This document shows, one piece after another, positions 1 through 12,974 of a DNA stretch of 64,000 bases (position 1 is its first letter; every line of letters begins with the position of its first letter). The position numbers and the translations under genes were made by a program. The stretch is from Octopus sinensis (taxonomy: Eukaryota). The DNA is taken from NCBI RefSeq assembly GCF_006345805.1, contig NC_043012.1:50592001-50656000 (forward strand), written 5' to 3'. The notes beneath the pieces were generated by a model, which was not told where the DNA came from, did no database searches, and saw only the letters and a list, made by a program, of their open reading frames with translations.

Positions 1-124
1 ATAGAAGAATAAGAAAAGGATATGGAAAATAATAAAATTTAGGAAAACCATAACAATAGATACGCCAAAACAACAATATTTGATTTGTTGAATACAAAAA
101 CAGCTACTTTATATATCTATAAAT

Positions 125-411
125 AGATATATATATATATATACATATGTGTGTGTGTGTTTGTATGTGTGTGGGTCTGTTTTGGTCTATACATAATACA
201 TATATATATATATATAATATATATATATATGTATGTATGTATGCATGAATATGTGTGTGTATGTGTATTTGTGTTTGTGTGTGTATATTCATCTATATAC
301 ATATGTTTATAAACATGTATATGTACATATGGATGTATATATATGTATGTTCATACATGCAATCTCACATACAGACATTCATATTTCTGCATATATATGA
401 AGTAAAAATAT

Positions 412-505
<94 letters not shown>

Positions 506-527
506 GATATATATATATATATATATA

Positions 528-598
<71 letters not shown>

Positions 599-620
599 AT
601 ATATATATAATATATATATG
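125..620. repeat. Compound (TA)n/(TG)n microsatellite block
   Basis: Direct reading; explains the YI/CV-rich ORFs. Confidence 0.97.
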
Positions 621-1185
621 CATGCATGCTTAAATATATACGTACATATGTGTGTGTATAAATGTACACATGTAATCATGCTTACTCTAATGCTTACGTA
701 TATACATACACTGCAGACATAATAGAAATTATTTCTCTATTACTTAAGTAAAAAAAATGTCAATATATTTATATTAATCAAAGGTACTTTAGAAATTTCT
801 CTTTCTCCCTGTGACAGCTATTAACAGTTAACGTACTTTAAAGTACTGCCGCACAAATCATTTAACAAGAATGCTTGCTATACACAAGCCAATGTAATCA
901 TAACAACTATTTCAATAACAATAGCAACATATCTCTATAGTAGGAACTGTATATCATTCTAGTTCCTGTCTCAGGGTGTGTTTCTCTATGAAATTTCAAT
1001 GATCAATCATTAAATTCAAACAACGTATTTACACAATTAATATTAAAGTTTTGCTTTTCACTAAATTTGTTCTTTATCTGGAAATATGTTTGTGTGTGTG
1101 TGAACTGCGCGCCTGTGTTTCTGTGTATACATATGTATATGTGTGTGCATGTGTTATAAAATATATGTATATGTATTATATATAT

Positions 1186-1277
<92 letters not shown>

Positions 1278-1375
1278 TACCTGGGTAGCAAAAATCACAA
1301 CAGAAAAATCACGGTTGAGGTTACGACCATGGGGTATCGCAACCGTGCTTTAGTGCGGATAATTTCTTCCCTCAC

Positions 1376-1459
<84 letters not shown>

Positions 1460-1599
1460 CGTGTATGTATTTGTGTATAATATATATATATGAGTGTGTG
1501 TGTGTACGTGTATGAATAAATAAATTTACTTTATTTTATCTTCGAGTGCTCTGAGGCAGCTAGACTGACGCCTCTGAGTGTAGCTAGTCTGACGGAAAT

Positions 1600-1875
1600 G
1601 GTTTTCTTAGGGCATTCACTCGGGATTTTGGTTCATCTGATATCCCAGATAAAAATTTTACCGAATCATTCTTTCAAAATGGCAACTTCAACACTTTACA
1701 AATCGTTGAGGCTATTCGGCAGAATTTTGAAGTTGTGGACGCTTCAAATGCAAGATGTTATTGTCCTGGATCCTCATTTTAGTTGGACTTTTTGGGGCCT
1801 AAGCAGTGCTGTCAATTTCGATAATTAGTATTGCTTTTAATTTCAAATTTGGGAGGTAGATACTCCAGCATCTTC

Positions 1876-1915
<40 letters not shown>

Positions 1916-2480
1916 AACACTCACACACTCAGACACACACACGCACACACACACACACACAAACACACGCACACTCACACACACACTCACACATACACTC
2001 ACACACACTCACACACACACACACACACGTATATATATATATATATGACTGAATATCTCTCACTTTTTTTCTTTAAGGAGTATGGTTTCAGTTCCCTTAG
2101 CATCTCCCATTAGCTCATCTGTTTTACCGAGATGATCTTCTTTGTATAGTGGAGCTCAAAAGCCTCAAGTTCCTCTGTCAGTTTGATGTTCCATAGTAAC
2201 CACCTCTGGGAGCAGTAATCCAGCTGACTGAGAACGAAAGTTCCAAATACGCATAGTATGACACCTTTTTTTCTCTTTCTGAATCCATGCCGTCGACATT
2301 TTTTTGCCTCAGCACTTTGGTCTTGTTCATTAGAAGGCTTTAGGATAAACTTTTACATTTTCCTCCGCCCTGGTTTCTTTTATAACCCTTTCTTTTTCAT
2401 TGCAGAGTCTAATCACATTTTCGATTTCTAAGAGCGCTACCTTGAGGTAGGATTTTTCACCGTCATTATGCTGTTTAGTT
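1600..2480 (-). mobile_element. Decayed CR1/L2-type LINE ORF2 C-terminal fragment, split by a (CA)n tract (~1878-2047)
   Basis: Minus-strand translation gives TFVLSQLDYCSQRW..ELEAFELHYTKKI..WEMLRELKPYSL (2060-2260) and PQL-FKILPNSLNDL..FLSGISDEP (1630-1750). Contains stops and frameshifts. Confidence 0.85.
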
Positions 2481-2620
2481 CAGCATGTATGTAAATATGC
2501 ATATATGTATATATATATGTATGTATGTATATTACATGTGACCCTTTTACTTTACAAATTAACCTCCTTGCATGGTGAGCCTGATGCATTTTCAATGCAT
2601 TTTTAAATACTATATATTAA

Positions 2621-2675
<55 letters not shown>

Positions 2676-2732
2676 ATATCTATCTATCTATCTATCTATC
2701 TATTTATCTATCTATCTATTTATCTATCTATC

Positions 2733-2766
<34 letters not shown>

Positions 2767-2774
2767 CTATATAT

Positions 2775-2817
<43 letters not shown>

Positions 2818-2852
2818 TGTCTGTCTATCTATCCATCTATCTATCTATCTAT
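2621..2852. repeat. (TCTA)n and (TA)n microsatellite
   Basis: Direct reading. Confidence 0.97.
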
Positions 2853-3359
2853 CTATTTATTTCTTCCTTAATTTCTTTATCTATCCATCTATTTATCAAT
2901 CTATCCATCTTCCATTTTGAATATATTTTACATTGTTTTTGCTTTTGTGTTAAATTACTTATAAAATAATGAATTTGTAATTCCGGTATACTTGTTAATT
3001 CAGCAATACTCGTCATCAGTAATTACCGACTAGGTTTTACTAAATACCCTGATGCAAAGAACGCCTAACAACATATTTTGTTACTAACTTTAATTAGATT
3101 TGTCATGTACGTTAAGCCTCTTATCGAATGGGCCTATCCGAGTTTCTATTTCGTAGTAATAGCTGACACCGTGAACTGGACGACACTTCGTCACAATCTT
3201 AACTTCCGTTTGATTACTGAAAGTCATTTAGAAGAGCAAAGGGAAATTAAACATTCCCATAAGCAGGCTACGCACGGTCGTGCACCTGTGCCACGGTTTT
3301 ACAGTTGTGATTTACACATCCTCTCTACCGCAGCATATATGTGTATGTGTGTTTGTGTG

Positions 3360-3411
<52 letters not shown>

Positions 3412-3422
3412 AGAGAGAGAGA

Positions 3423-3461
<39 letters not shown>

Positions 3462-3475
3462 ATATATATATAAAG

Positions 3476-3806
3476 TGAAGACATGTGGCTTAGCGATTAG
3501 AGTATTAGGTCCACAATCGCAGGATCGAGAATTCAGTTCCCGCTGATACGTTGTGTACTTGAGCACTTGAGCAAGACACTTTATTTCAAGCTAGTCCAGT
3601 TCACATACCTGGTAAATATGAGTGGTACCTATATTTCAAAGAGCCACCCTCGTCACACTTTCTGTCATGTTGATTCACCCTGAGAACTACGTTAACGGTA
3701 CACGTGTGTGTGAAATGCTAATCCTGATGCACGTTAAATTCGCGCGCATGGTGTTCCATTTATCGGATGAACTGGAACCTTGGCCGTCGCAACTGACGGA
3801 GTACCA
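3476..3806 (+). mobile_element. tRNA-derived SINE with CORE-like central domain
   Basis: Degenerate A/B boxes (tggcttagcgattag; gagaattcagttccc) followed by ttgagcaagacactttatttca..ccagttcac, which resembles a CORE-type domain. Confidence 0.75.
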
Positions 3807-4480
3807 TATACGTACATACGCACGCAGACATATATATTTCATTAAACACGACATTGTATAATACCTAAATATACTGATAGTTTTATGTATTTGTGACTCA
3901 TTATAATTATTTTCTTAAAGCCACCGTTAAATGCCGTTTTAAATATACATTATTTTTCTAGTTTTTCAGTGAATATATGAGCCAAATTTTATATATCACT
4001 CAATGGCACATTTGGATCAGCGTCAATTTTCTCCTAATCCTTAAATAATTTATGCTTGATGTCCAAATATTAATCACTAAATGAACATGTTAATCAACTT
4101 TTAGGACAGTCATTTGCTTATCAGAAGCTTTCATGAATGCCATAATTGAATAAATGTAATGAGGTGGACATCTTCCAACATAGTAGCTTTTATTAACTAA
4201 TTTTGCCAGTAGCAGTTATTTTCGCTACTTTATTAATATAATTATTTTAAATTATTCTGCTCTCGTAAACAACTTGTGTATTTTAATATAAACTAAATAT
4301 ATGAGAAAACCTTTGAAATATTTAGAAACTTATGAACAACACTTGAAAACCCTTATACTGATTATATATTATTGCTTCAATATGTAAGAACGTGTACAAA
4401 GATTTTATGGGAGATTATTCCTAGATTTTAAGTATGGTTAAAATATAACTATAAGTCCAGCATTTTTTTTTCTCGAGGAG

Positions 4481-5160
4481 AAGTTAAGTCGATTACATGA
4501 GCGTCACAGTTTAACTGGTACTTATTTTTCGACTACACAATGAAGATATCTCAAGTCAATGTCGCCAAACATTTGAACCCAGATTGTAAAAACACCACTA
4601 AGCATTTTGCTCACCGCGTTATTGATTCTGCCAGCTCGTCAACTTTACTTTATTTACGAGCAAAATATTCTTTAGTTAGATGAGCTGTAGAAACTCTCAT
4701 TCTCTGTCCCTGTCAACATCTTAATTTTTAAAAGAGAGCTTGAATTATATATTATGGACCACGTATAGATCGAAAATGTTTCTGAAATGCATAAGTTATG
4801 ATGGAGATACTCACAATAAAAAGACGAAAAATATTCAAGTCCAATTTAATACAAGGGCAAAAAGAGTCTACAAAAATAAGTTATATAAAATAGTATGTTT
4901 CAAGTTATAGAGTGAAAGCATCTATGAAAATCTACTACTGCTCATAATAATTCTTTCTACTATATGCACAAGGTATGGATCCTCTGGGAAAAGGACAGTC
5001 GATCATATCGACTTCAGAACTCAACTGGTACTTATTTTGTCGACCCCGAAAGTATGAAAGGCAAAGTTGACTCCGGTGGAATCTCTACTCAGAACATAAA
5101 GACGGACGAAATACCACTAAGCCTTTTGTCCAGCGTGCTAACGATACTGCCACTTCACCG
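4481..5160 (-). mobile_element. Two SINE family A copies (4481-4641, 4955-5160)
   Basis: Reverse-complement matches to the family A signature gagctggcagaatcgttagca..tgagttcaaatt..gtcgactttgcctttcatcctttcggggtcga seen repeatedly in the window. Confidence 0.8.
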
Positions 5161-5460
5161 TTTTAATGAAAATATGAATTAAAATAATAATATCGCGGAT
5201 AACGCTTATCTATAAAGTTTACTCACGTTGTCAGAAATTAGCAAACTTTGATGATTTATGGATGATGTAACACACACACACACATTCGTGTGTTATATAT
5301 GTATATTTATATGTGGTGTGTGTATGAATGTATGTGTGTATATGTGCGTGTGCACGTATGTATATATATATATACAGATATCCATACATAAATACATATA
5401 TATTCATACACACACACACATATATGTGTGTGTATATATGCATATCTATCTATTCATATA

Positions 5461-5515
<55 letters not shown>

Positions 5516-5871
5516 TATGACGTATAAACAAGGGCAAAAGAAAAAAATTTCTAATGCCAAATATGCCGAACAGACACATCGTCAATAACCATATGATTCA
5601 TCACTATAAGCACGCATCTCGAAGAAAACCGACAGAAATTACTAAACAATTCTGTTATTATCATATCGGACCCGATTTCAGAGTTAATTCATAAGTACCT
5701 TCTTTTCCTCAATAATAAATTCGGCAAAGAAATATATGAAATGCTTACTTATACCTATGGAAGAAGCAAATACTAAGTCATAAGCACATGAGCACTAAGT
5801 CATGACTTAGTGTTAGCATCTTCCTGGATGTTAATATCGTTCTATATATGTGTATACTTGTGCATATAGAT

Positions 5872-6017
5872 GACGGGCTTCTTCGAGTTTCCCTCTACTA
5901 AATCCGCTCTCAATAGTTTTGGTCGGCACAGGGTTGTAATATAAACACATGCACAAGGTGCCATGCAGTTATAATTGAATTTCGAAACAGATGGTATGGA
6001 AACGAAACACTTAACAC
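5872..6017 (-). mobile_element. SINE family B 5' part
   Basis: Reverse complement of ..gccgaccaaa..ggatttagtagagggaaac..gaagcccgtc. Confidence 0.7.
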
Positions 6018-7975
6018 TTAGGAAGACTGAACCTATTGTACGGATATAAAGGATGTCGAAAATGTAACATTATATCGATATATGTAAACGTTATTCTTGT
6101 TATTGGTAGAAATGAGATGAAAGACTGTTTATGACGAAAACAGAATATATTGAATATACTTAGTTAATCAAAATGTATATGAAATTTGCAAGGTAAGATA
6201 TTTGCTTTTCAACTATCTTGGAATGTGTCTTATACATTTTATGTCTTTTGTACATGGAGATTAAAATATGAGAGTCGTGATTGCCTTTATGTATGTGTTT
6301 GTTCATTACTTGATTGACAAAAATTGTTAGTTTGTTTACGTTCCAGTAACTATAGGGTCGAAAATAAGCGATCGATAAATTAGGATCCATATTTCAATAA
6401 AAGTTCTGGTGTCGTTTACATCCAATCAAACGTGAAGGCAGGAACTAGCTTGGCCAGATTCTAATGATTGAAACAAGTAAAAGTAAAACGATAAAAGAAA
6501 AAAAAATAAACTCGTTAATGAATTCCTATATGTATGCACGTATGTATAAATAGATAGAGATATACATACATATATAAACATTTTATATATAATATATACA
6601 TACATATATGTGTGTGCGTGTGTGTGTATAACATATACTTGAGCACGCGAGTGTACTTACATATACGAGCGTATACATAAGTATGATGTATGCCTACTAT
6701 TATGTATGTATGAGCGTGCGTTTACCTGCATGCGTATGCTCCTGTTGTGTAATATTTATTTTGTTTCACTCGCACTCTAGAAGTAGTTTTCTACTGACAT
6801 ATCATTCTTTTGGTGGAGGAAAACCAATACGTCTACTATTAGAACAACAAAATTTTGTTGTTAATTTATGTTTTTCATTGCGAAGATCGGATTAAGGAAG
6901 CACACGGTCAACTTATATGTAAACGAAAATTAATGACAATCATTGGATGTAATGTGGTTCTTAATTAAACAGATTCGATGAGAGAAAATGTCCGCGAGCT
7001 GTACATGGCGATATTTGGTTTTTGGAAAGGTAGCGAACCATTTCTCGTCACAAATTGACTTTGATGATGAATTACTAGAAAGAAAAACAGATAAATAATA
7101 AAACAAAACACTACCAACTCCAGTGACTTTGGAAATTTTCTAGCATCCCTGTCCACAACTTTCTTAGTTCAGCGATAATTGTGTGTGAGTATATATACAC
7201 ACACATAAGTATACATTACTATCAATGTATGTATGGTTGTGAGTATTTCTTCATTTGTGTTTATTTATTACATCACAACATTTTTTCCTGCAGTTCTTGT
7301 TACCGCCGCCTGTAGCACCAAATTCTGGTACACCTTCCCATGCACACACACACACATACATGTGTGTGTGTACCTGTATACATGTATTATCATATTCGTG
7401 TATATATATACATGCATATATATATATATATATATATATGCATACACATGCACGCATACATGCATACATGCATACATACATACACACATACATACATACA
7501 TACACATATATATATATATATATACACATACATATATATATATATATTATGCGTCTTACGAAATAAGTATTGAATGAGAATGTCGAATTGTTCCATGTAA
7601 GAGTTGTTAGAGTTCGGCGTCAGAATTACCACAAATACTCGAGAGAATTAAGAAAAGAAAAGCAATAAAGAATGAAACAAGAAATATAATACAAAACACA
7701 GACACATTATATTTATAAGTATACCATTTGCATCTGGAAACATGTGAACATGGTAAATTCTTTATGTTTCCAAACTTCACCCACCACTGCCCATACCAGC
7801 GTAGTAAAATTACTACCTTTTTTTTCATAACCTTATACTTGGCAGAGTTTCTTTCAATATCCATCTAACGTGTCCGGACAGTTGTAAGTTTAAGAAATAA
7901 CCAAGTAATTAAGCTTCAGGTATAATATATCCTATCTCACGTAATAATGATATAACACCATACATACATGTGTGT

Positions 7976-8027
<52 letters not shown>

Positions 8028-9768
8028 CAGTCCGGTGTTTTAAAGCAAAGATTTGAATATCGAAATTTTGCGTCAAGTGTTCAATACGACTTATGAAAGT
8101 GATATAAAAAAAAGAAAACGTTTAATATCTGAATTTTGTGTTTCGCTTATATTAAGGATGAAGTGCAAATTCAACCCCGATGAAATTTGAAGTCAGGACA
8201 TAGAGACGGACTGAATTACGCTAAATATTTCGCCTGACGCTCGAGTTACGTGTTTCTTTGGTCTTTTCTAATAAAAGTTGTCACCACGGGGCGTATACAA
8301 AGATTGAGCTAAGCAGACTGCTTCTGCAAACAGTAGACTGTGTAATAATACGGCTAGTTGGATACAGTAAAACTGATATATGGAAGATTATGATGGCCGA
8401 AGTGTGTACTTATCACGATTTTAGATAAATGAAACCACGTCAACACTAGATAGTATTAATTGTGACCTCTAGAAGTGTAAAAGCAATATACCCTTTGAAT
8501 GTACCGTGTTCATAATTTTTTTAATTAGATTGAAATGTAGGTAATCAATAATGTTGATACTTGTAACATGATTTCATGGACATAAAATTTAAACCTAAAT
8601 TTAAAGTAGAATAGTGACGTTGTAAAAATCATATGAAATTGTTTTTGCACGGAAGAATTTTGACAAAGCATTTAGCAATCATTTTACTAAGATATATGGA
8701 TAGATTAAAAATTGATCTTCCTCGCTATGTAACTCGTCCATTTGTAAATGGTTGTTACAAAGTATCGCAGTTTAAAATAATTGGAGAATATATCGATTTA
8801 ATTTATTTGAATGTTCCCATTTCTAGCATATGCCTCAAAATTTAAAAGAGATCAAATCCGCTGACATACGCTTAGAAATTTGTCAATTACAAGGCAGAGA
8901 TTAAAAATACACAGTAAAACTTTTAAACTCGAATGGGAGAGAATGTAGATTTAACAAGAAATCATATTTCCAATGATTTATGATGTATATATAGTTGAAG
9001 TAATCTAGAATTGTAAGTAATTTAGAGAAATATCAACGCCCTTGTGTAATTGTGTGAAATGTATCTTTTTCAACACTTTATATGTGAACGTAAGAAAGTG
9101 GACAGTTTTGTGTGGAGAAGAACTGGGGTAGATTTTGGTGGTTTGTGTTCTAACAGATTCGGTGCATATGTTGAGAGACATACTTTTTTGGTATTGTATC
9201 CATTTACGCGGTCGTCTAGAAACTGCAATTAATTAGTTCGAATCCCGTCAGAAGTTCACTTTTTCATTTCGATCCTAATATTTCTATAATCGTTTGTCAC
9301 ATCATGGCATTGCTATTAGTAGCAAATTCGTAATCCATTGGTACAGTGTCGTTCATATTTTATAGTAGATTATGACAAAAAACTTATGCGCTAGAGCGTT
9401 TGTTTAGGGAAGAATAAATAACAGAACTTTCAATACATATAATGAAATTATCACTGCAGTCTACTCCCATCAGCACATATCGACAGTCATAACTGAAATC
9501 TATGCATGGTGGAGCTTCATTGAACACTGGACATAATCTCCATTGCCCATTGATATAACCGAGATGCAATCAGCATATAAACAATTACAATTTTAGTACA
9601 ACACGAAGATAAAGCTACCGAGTTGTTACAATATCAATATTATGAAGTATGTAATAGTGAACATGTAATATAACAGATATATCTCCATTATGCAATGATT
9701 AAGTTTATTATGTCGGCCATTATATACATGCATTTGTATAACATACGCACCACACCCTTGTATATGTT

Positions 9769-9835
<67 letters not shown>

Positions 9836-10120
9836 TCACGCTATGATTAAAGTTTAGATATTATATTAAATTATTTTAATTTAAACTGTGGTTTGGATAT
9901 GTCCCTAGTAGCATGCACTTGTGTGGAAATAACCACTGTGATAAATAATATTTCCAGAATATTTTATCTTCTGTATGAATTGTTTGTACTATATAAACAT
10001 ACGTAGATACATATATACATAATAATATGTGTGTTTTGGTGTGTGTCTTTGTGAGTATGTGTAGGTGTATATGTATGTATCAATATATGTATATATATAA
10101 ATAGGCACTCACACACACAT

Positions 10121-10520
10121 TTGAAGTTTGCTCCAGAACCACATGGTTCCGCGTTCAGTCCCACAACGTGGGACCTCCAAGTGACTTTTACTATAGCATC
10201 GGGTCGACCAAATCCTTGTGGATGAAATTGGTAGACGTAAACTGAAAGTAGCCGGTCTTATGTAAATATATACATATACATGTGTGTGTATGCGTGTGTG
10301 TGTGTACGTGTGTGTGTATGTTTATATGTCAGTGTTTTTCCCCTAACATCGTTTGACAAACTTTGCTAGTGTGTTTACGTCCGCGTAACTTTGCGGTTCG
10401 GCATAAGACCCGACGGAATAAGTGCTAGGCTTACAAAGAATAAGTCCTGGGTTGGATTTGATCGACTAAAGATGGTGTTCCAGCATGGATATAGTCAAGT
10501 GATTGAAACAAAAGGGTAAA
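10121..10520 (+). mobile_element. SINE family B, near full length
   Basis: accacatggttccgcgttcagtccca head; gggtcgaccaaatccttgtg..ggtagacgtaaactgaaag; (TG)n; tail gataagtgctaggcttacaaagaataagtcctggg..ccagcatgg..gaaaca. Confidence 0.88.
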
Positions 10521-10530
10521 AAAAGGTAAG

Positions 10531-10569
<39 letters not shown>

Positions 10570-10579
10570 GACAGACAGG

Positions 10580-10704
<125 letters not shown>

Positions 10705-10709
10705 GAGTA

Positions 10710-10874
10710 CGACGGGCATCTTTCAGGTTCTGTCAACCGAATCTACTCACATGACCCCATGACCAGGTCGGTCAGCGATTATGATAGTAGACTCTTAAGT
10801 TTCAATGCAGTGGGACTGAACATGCAACCATGTGCTTGGGAAGTAAATATCTTACCACACGGTCATGCCTTCAC
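10710..10874 (-). mobile_element. SINE family B head, inverted relative to the 10121 copy
   Basis: Reverse complement reads gaaggcatgaccgtgtggtaag..cccaagcacatggttgcatgttcagtcccactgca. Confidence 0.8.
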
Positions 10875-10875
10875 A

Positions 10876-10945
<70 letters not shown>

Positions 10946-11064
10946 GAGGGCATTATATATACATGCCAGAAGGCATTATACATACATGCCAAACGCTAAG
11001 AGGGACATCAGTCATTTCTACCAAAAATATTACTAATCCCACCGAATGCATTTTTCAAAGTAAG

Positions 11065-11129
11065 ACATTTAAAAATATAGACCTGTATCACAGTGATTTC
11101 ATACTTACGTAATCAGCAGGCCTGAATGT
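11065..11129 (-). ncRNA. Type I hammerhead ribozyme, array copy 1 (core has a 3-nt deletion)
   Basis: Same stems as copies 2-4, but the plus strand reads aatcagcagg instead of aatcatcagcagg, so the core becomes CUGAUUA. Confidence 0.55.
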
Positions 11130-11535
11130 ATTATAAATAAACAACGACCCTGCCCCGCTTAAGCCGATCAGCTAACTGATCAACATCAACGAAGCACATG
11201 GGTGAGTTTACATATATTACATCGGGTAAATGGCAAACTTTTACGAATTGCATTTCGGGAGAGGAAAAGTTTTTCGAATAAAAATTTAGCAATTAAGGAC
11301 AACTACTTAATAAGGAAAACTTAACAGAAATTGTCAGGTAGATAGCGTAAAAACCTCATAAGAGAAAAAATTCAAAAAAAATAATTATCTTATTGAACAT
11401 ATAATTTATATATAGAGGGCATATATATACATGCCAGAAGGCATTATACATCACATGCCAAACGCTAAGAGGGACAATCAGTCATTTCTACCAAAAATAT
11501 TACTAATCCCACCGAATGCAATTTTTCAAAGTAAG

Positions 11536-11603
11536 ACATTTAAAAATATAGACCTGTATCACAGTGATTTCATACTTACGTAATCATCAGCAGGCCTGAA
11601 TGT
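11536..11603 (-). ncRNA. Type I hammerhead ribozyme, array copy 2
   Basis: Minus strand: ACAUU-C-AGGCCUG CUGAUGA U-UAC-GUAA-GUA-U GAA AUCAC-U-GUGAU A / CAGGUCU-AUAUUUUUA-AAUGU. This gives the core, stem I (7 bp plus distal 5 bp), stem II with a GNRA loop, and stem III. Predicted cleavage after AUA, between 11557 and 11556. Confidence 0.85.
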
Positions 11604-12011
11604 ATTATAAATAAACAACGACCCTGCCCCGCTTAAGCCGATCAGCTAACTGATCAAATCAACGAAGCACATGGGTGAGTTTACATAATTACATCCGGGT
11701 AAATGGCAACTTTTACGAATTGCATTTCGGGAGAGGAAAAGTTTTTTCGGAATAAAAATTTAGCAATTAAGGACAACTACTTAATAAGGAAAACTTAACA
11801 AGAAATTGTCAGGTAGATAGCGTAAAAACCTCATAAGAGAAAAAATTTCGAAAATAATTATTTCTTATTGAACATATTAATTTATATATAGACGGCATTA
11901 TATATACATGCCAGAAGGCATTATACATACATGCCAAACGCTAAGAGGGACAATCAGTCATTTCTACCAAAAATATTACTAATCCCACCGAATGCAATTT
12001 TTCAAAGTAAG

Positions 12012-12079
12012 ACATTTAATAATATAGACCTGTATCACAGTGATTTCATACTTACGTAATCATCAGCAGGCCTGAATGT
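12012..12079 (-). ncRNA. Type I hammerhead ribozyme, array copy 3
   Basis: Core and proximal stems identical to copy 2. Predicted cleavage between 12033 and 12032. Confidence 0.85.
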
Positions 12080-12490
12080 ATTATAAATAAACAACGACCC
12101 TGCCCCGCTTAAGCCGATCAGCTAACTGATCAACATCAACGAAGCACATGGGTGAGTTTACATATATTACATCCGGGTAAATGGCAAACTTTTACGAATT
12201 GCATTTCGGGAGAGGAAAAGTTTTTTCGGAATAAAAATTTAGCAATTAAGAACAACTACTTAATAAGGAAAACTTAACAAGAAATTGTCAGGTAGATAGC
12301 GTAAAAACCTCATAAGAGAAATAATTTCGAAAATAATTATTTCTTATTGAACATATTAATTTATATATACAGGGCATTATATATACATGCCAGAAAGCAT
12401 TATACATACATGCCAAACGCTAAGAGGGACAATCAGTCATTTCTACCAAAAATATTACTAATCCCACCGAATGCAATTTTTCAAAGTAAG

Positions 12491-12558
12491 ACATTAAAAA
12501 ATATAGACCTGTATCACAGTGATTTCATACTTACGTAATCATCAGCAGGCCTGAATGT
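12491..12558 (-). ncRNA. Type I hammerhead ribozyme, array copy 4
   Basis: Core and stems identical to copy 2. Predicted cleavage between 12512 and 12511. Confidence 0.85.
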
Positions 12559-12901
12559 ATTATAATAAAAACAACGACCCTGCCCCGCTTAAGCCGATCA
12601 GCTAACTGATCAACATCAACGAAGCACATGGGTGAGTTTACATATATTACATCCGGGTAAATGGCAAACTTTTACGAATTGCATTTCGGGAGAGGAAAAG
12701 TGTTTTCGGAATAAAAATTTAGCAATTAAGGACAACTAATTAATAAGGAAAACTTAACAAGAAATTGTCAGGTAGATAGCGTAAAAACCTCATATATATA
12801 TATATTTTCCTATACATAAATACAGGTGTATATAATATACATTTGTATACATATATATATTTACATTTTATATGTATATATACATGTATATATGTTCATA
12901 C

Positions 12902-12964
<63 letters not shown>

Positions 12965-12974
12965 ATATGTATAT

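Larger units (their letters stand above)
10945..12794 (-). repeat. Tandem array of ~3.9 copies of a ~470-480 bp non-coding unit, each with a hammerhead ribozyme fold (retrozyme-like satellite)
   Basis: The marker aaacgctaag recurs at 10991, 11460, 11936 and 12415 (spacing 469/476/479). Copies differ mostly by small indels. The array is bounded on both sides by (TA)n. Confidence 0.95.

Noticed and set aside
3013-3019. CTGATGA on the minus strand
   Set aside because: No GAAA or compatible stems downstream.
6973-7029. Possible exon FDERKCPRAVHGDIWFLE, resembling a class B GPCR hormone-receptor domain start
   Set aside because: Weak donor site, and its phase is incompatible with the next candidate exon (7294-7327). 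Similarity is too short without a database search.
9050-9232. WRRTGVDFGG, loosely like the BEL/Pao integrase GVDYAG motif
   Set aside because: A single short motif with no other integrase residues in register.
10945-12794. Tandem array as a CRISPR array, 5S/snRNA cluster or coding repeat
   Set aside because: Whole units are repeated with no unique spacers; no 5S, snRNA or tRNA sequence was recognised; there is no conserved ORF across units.
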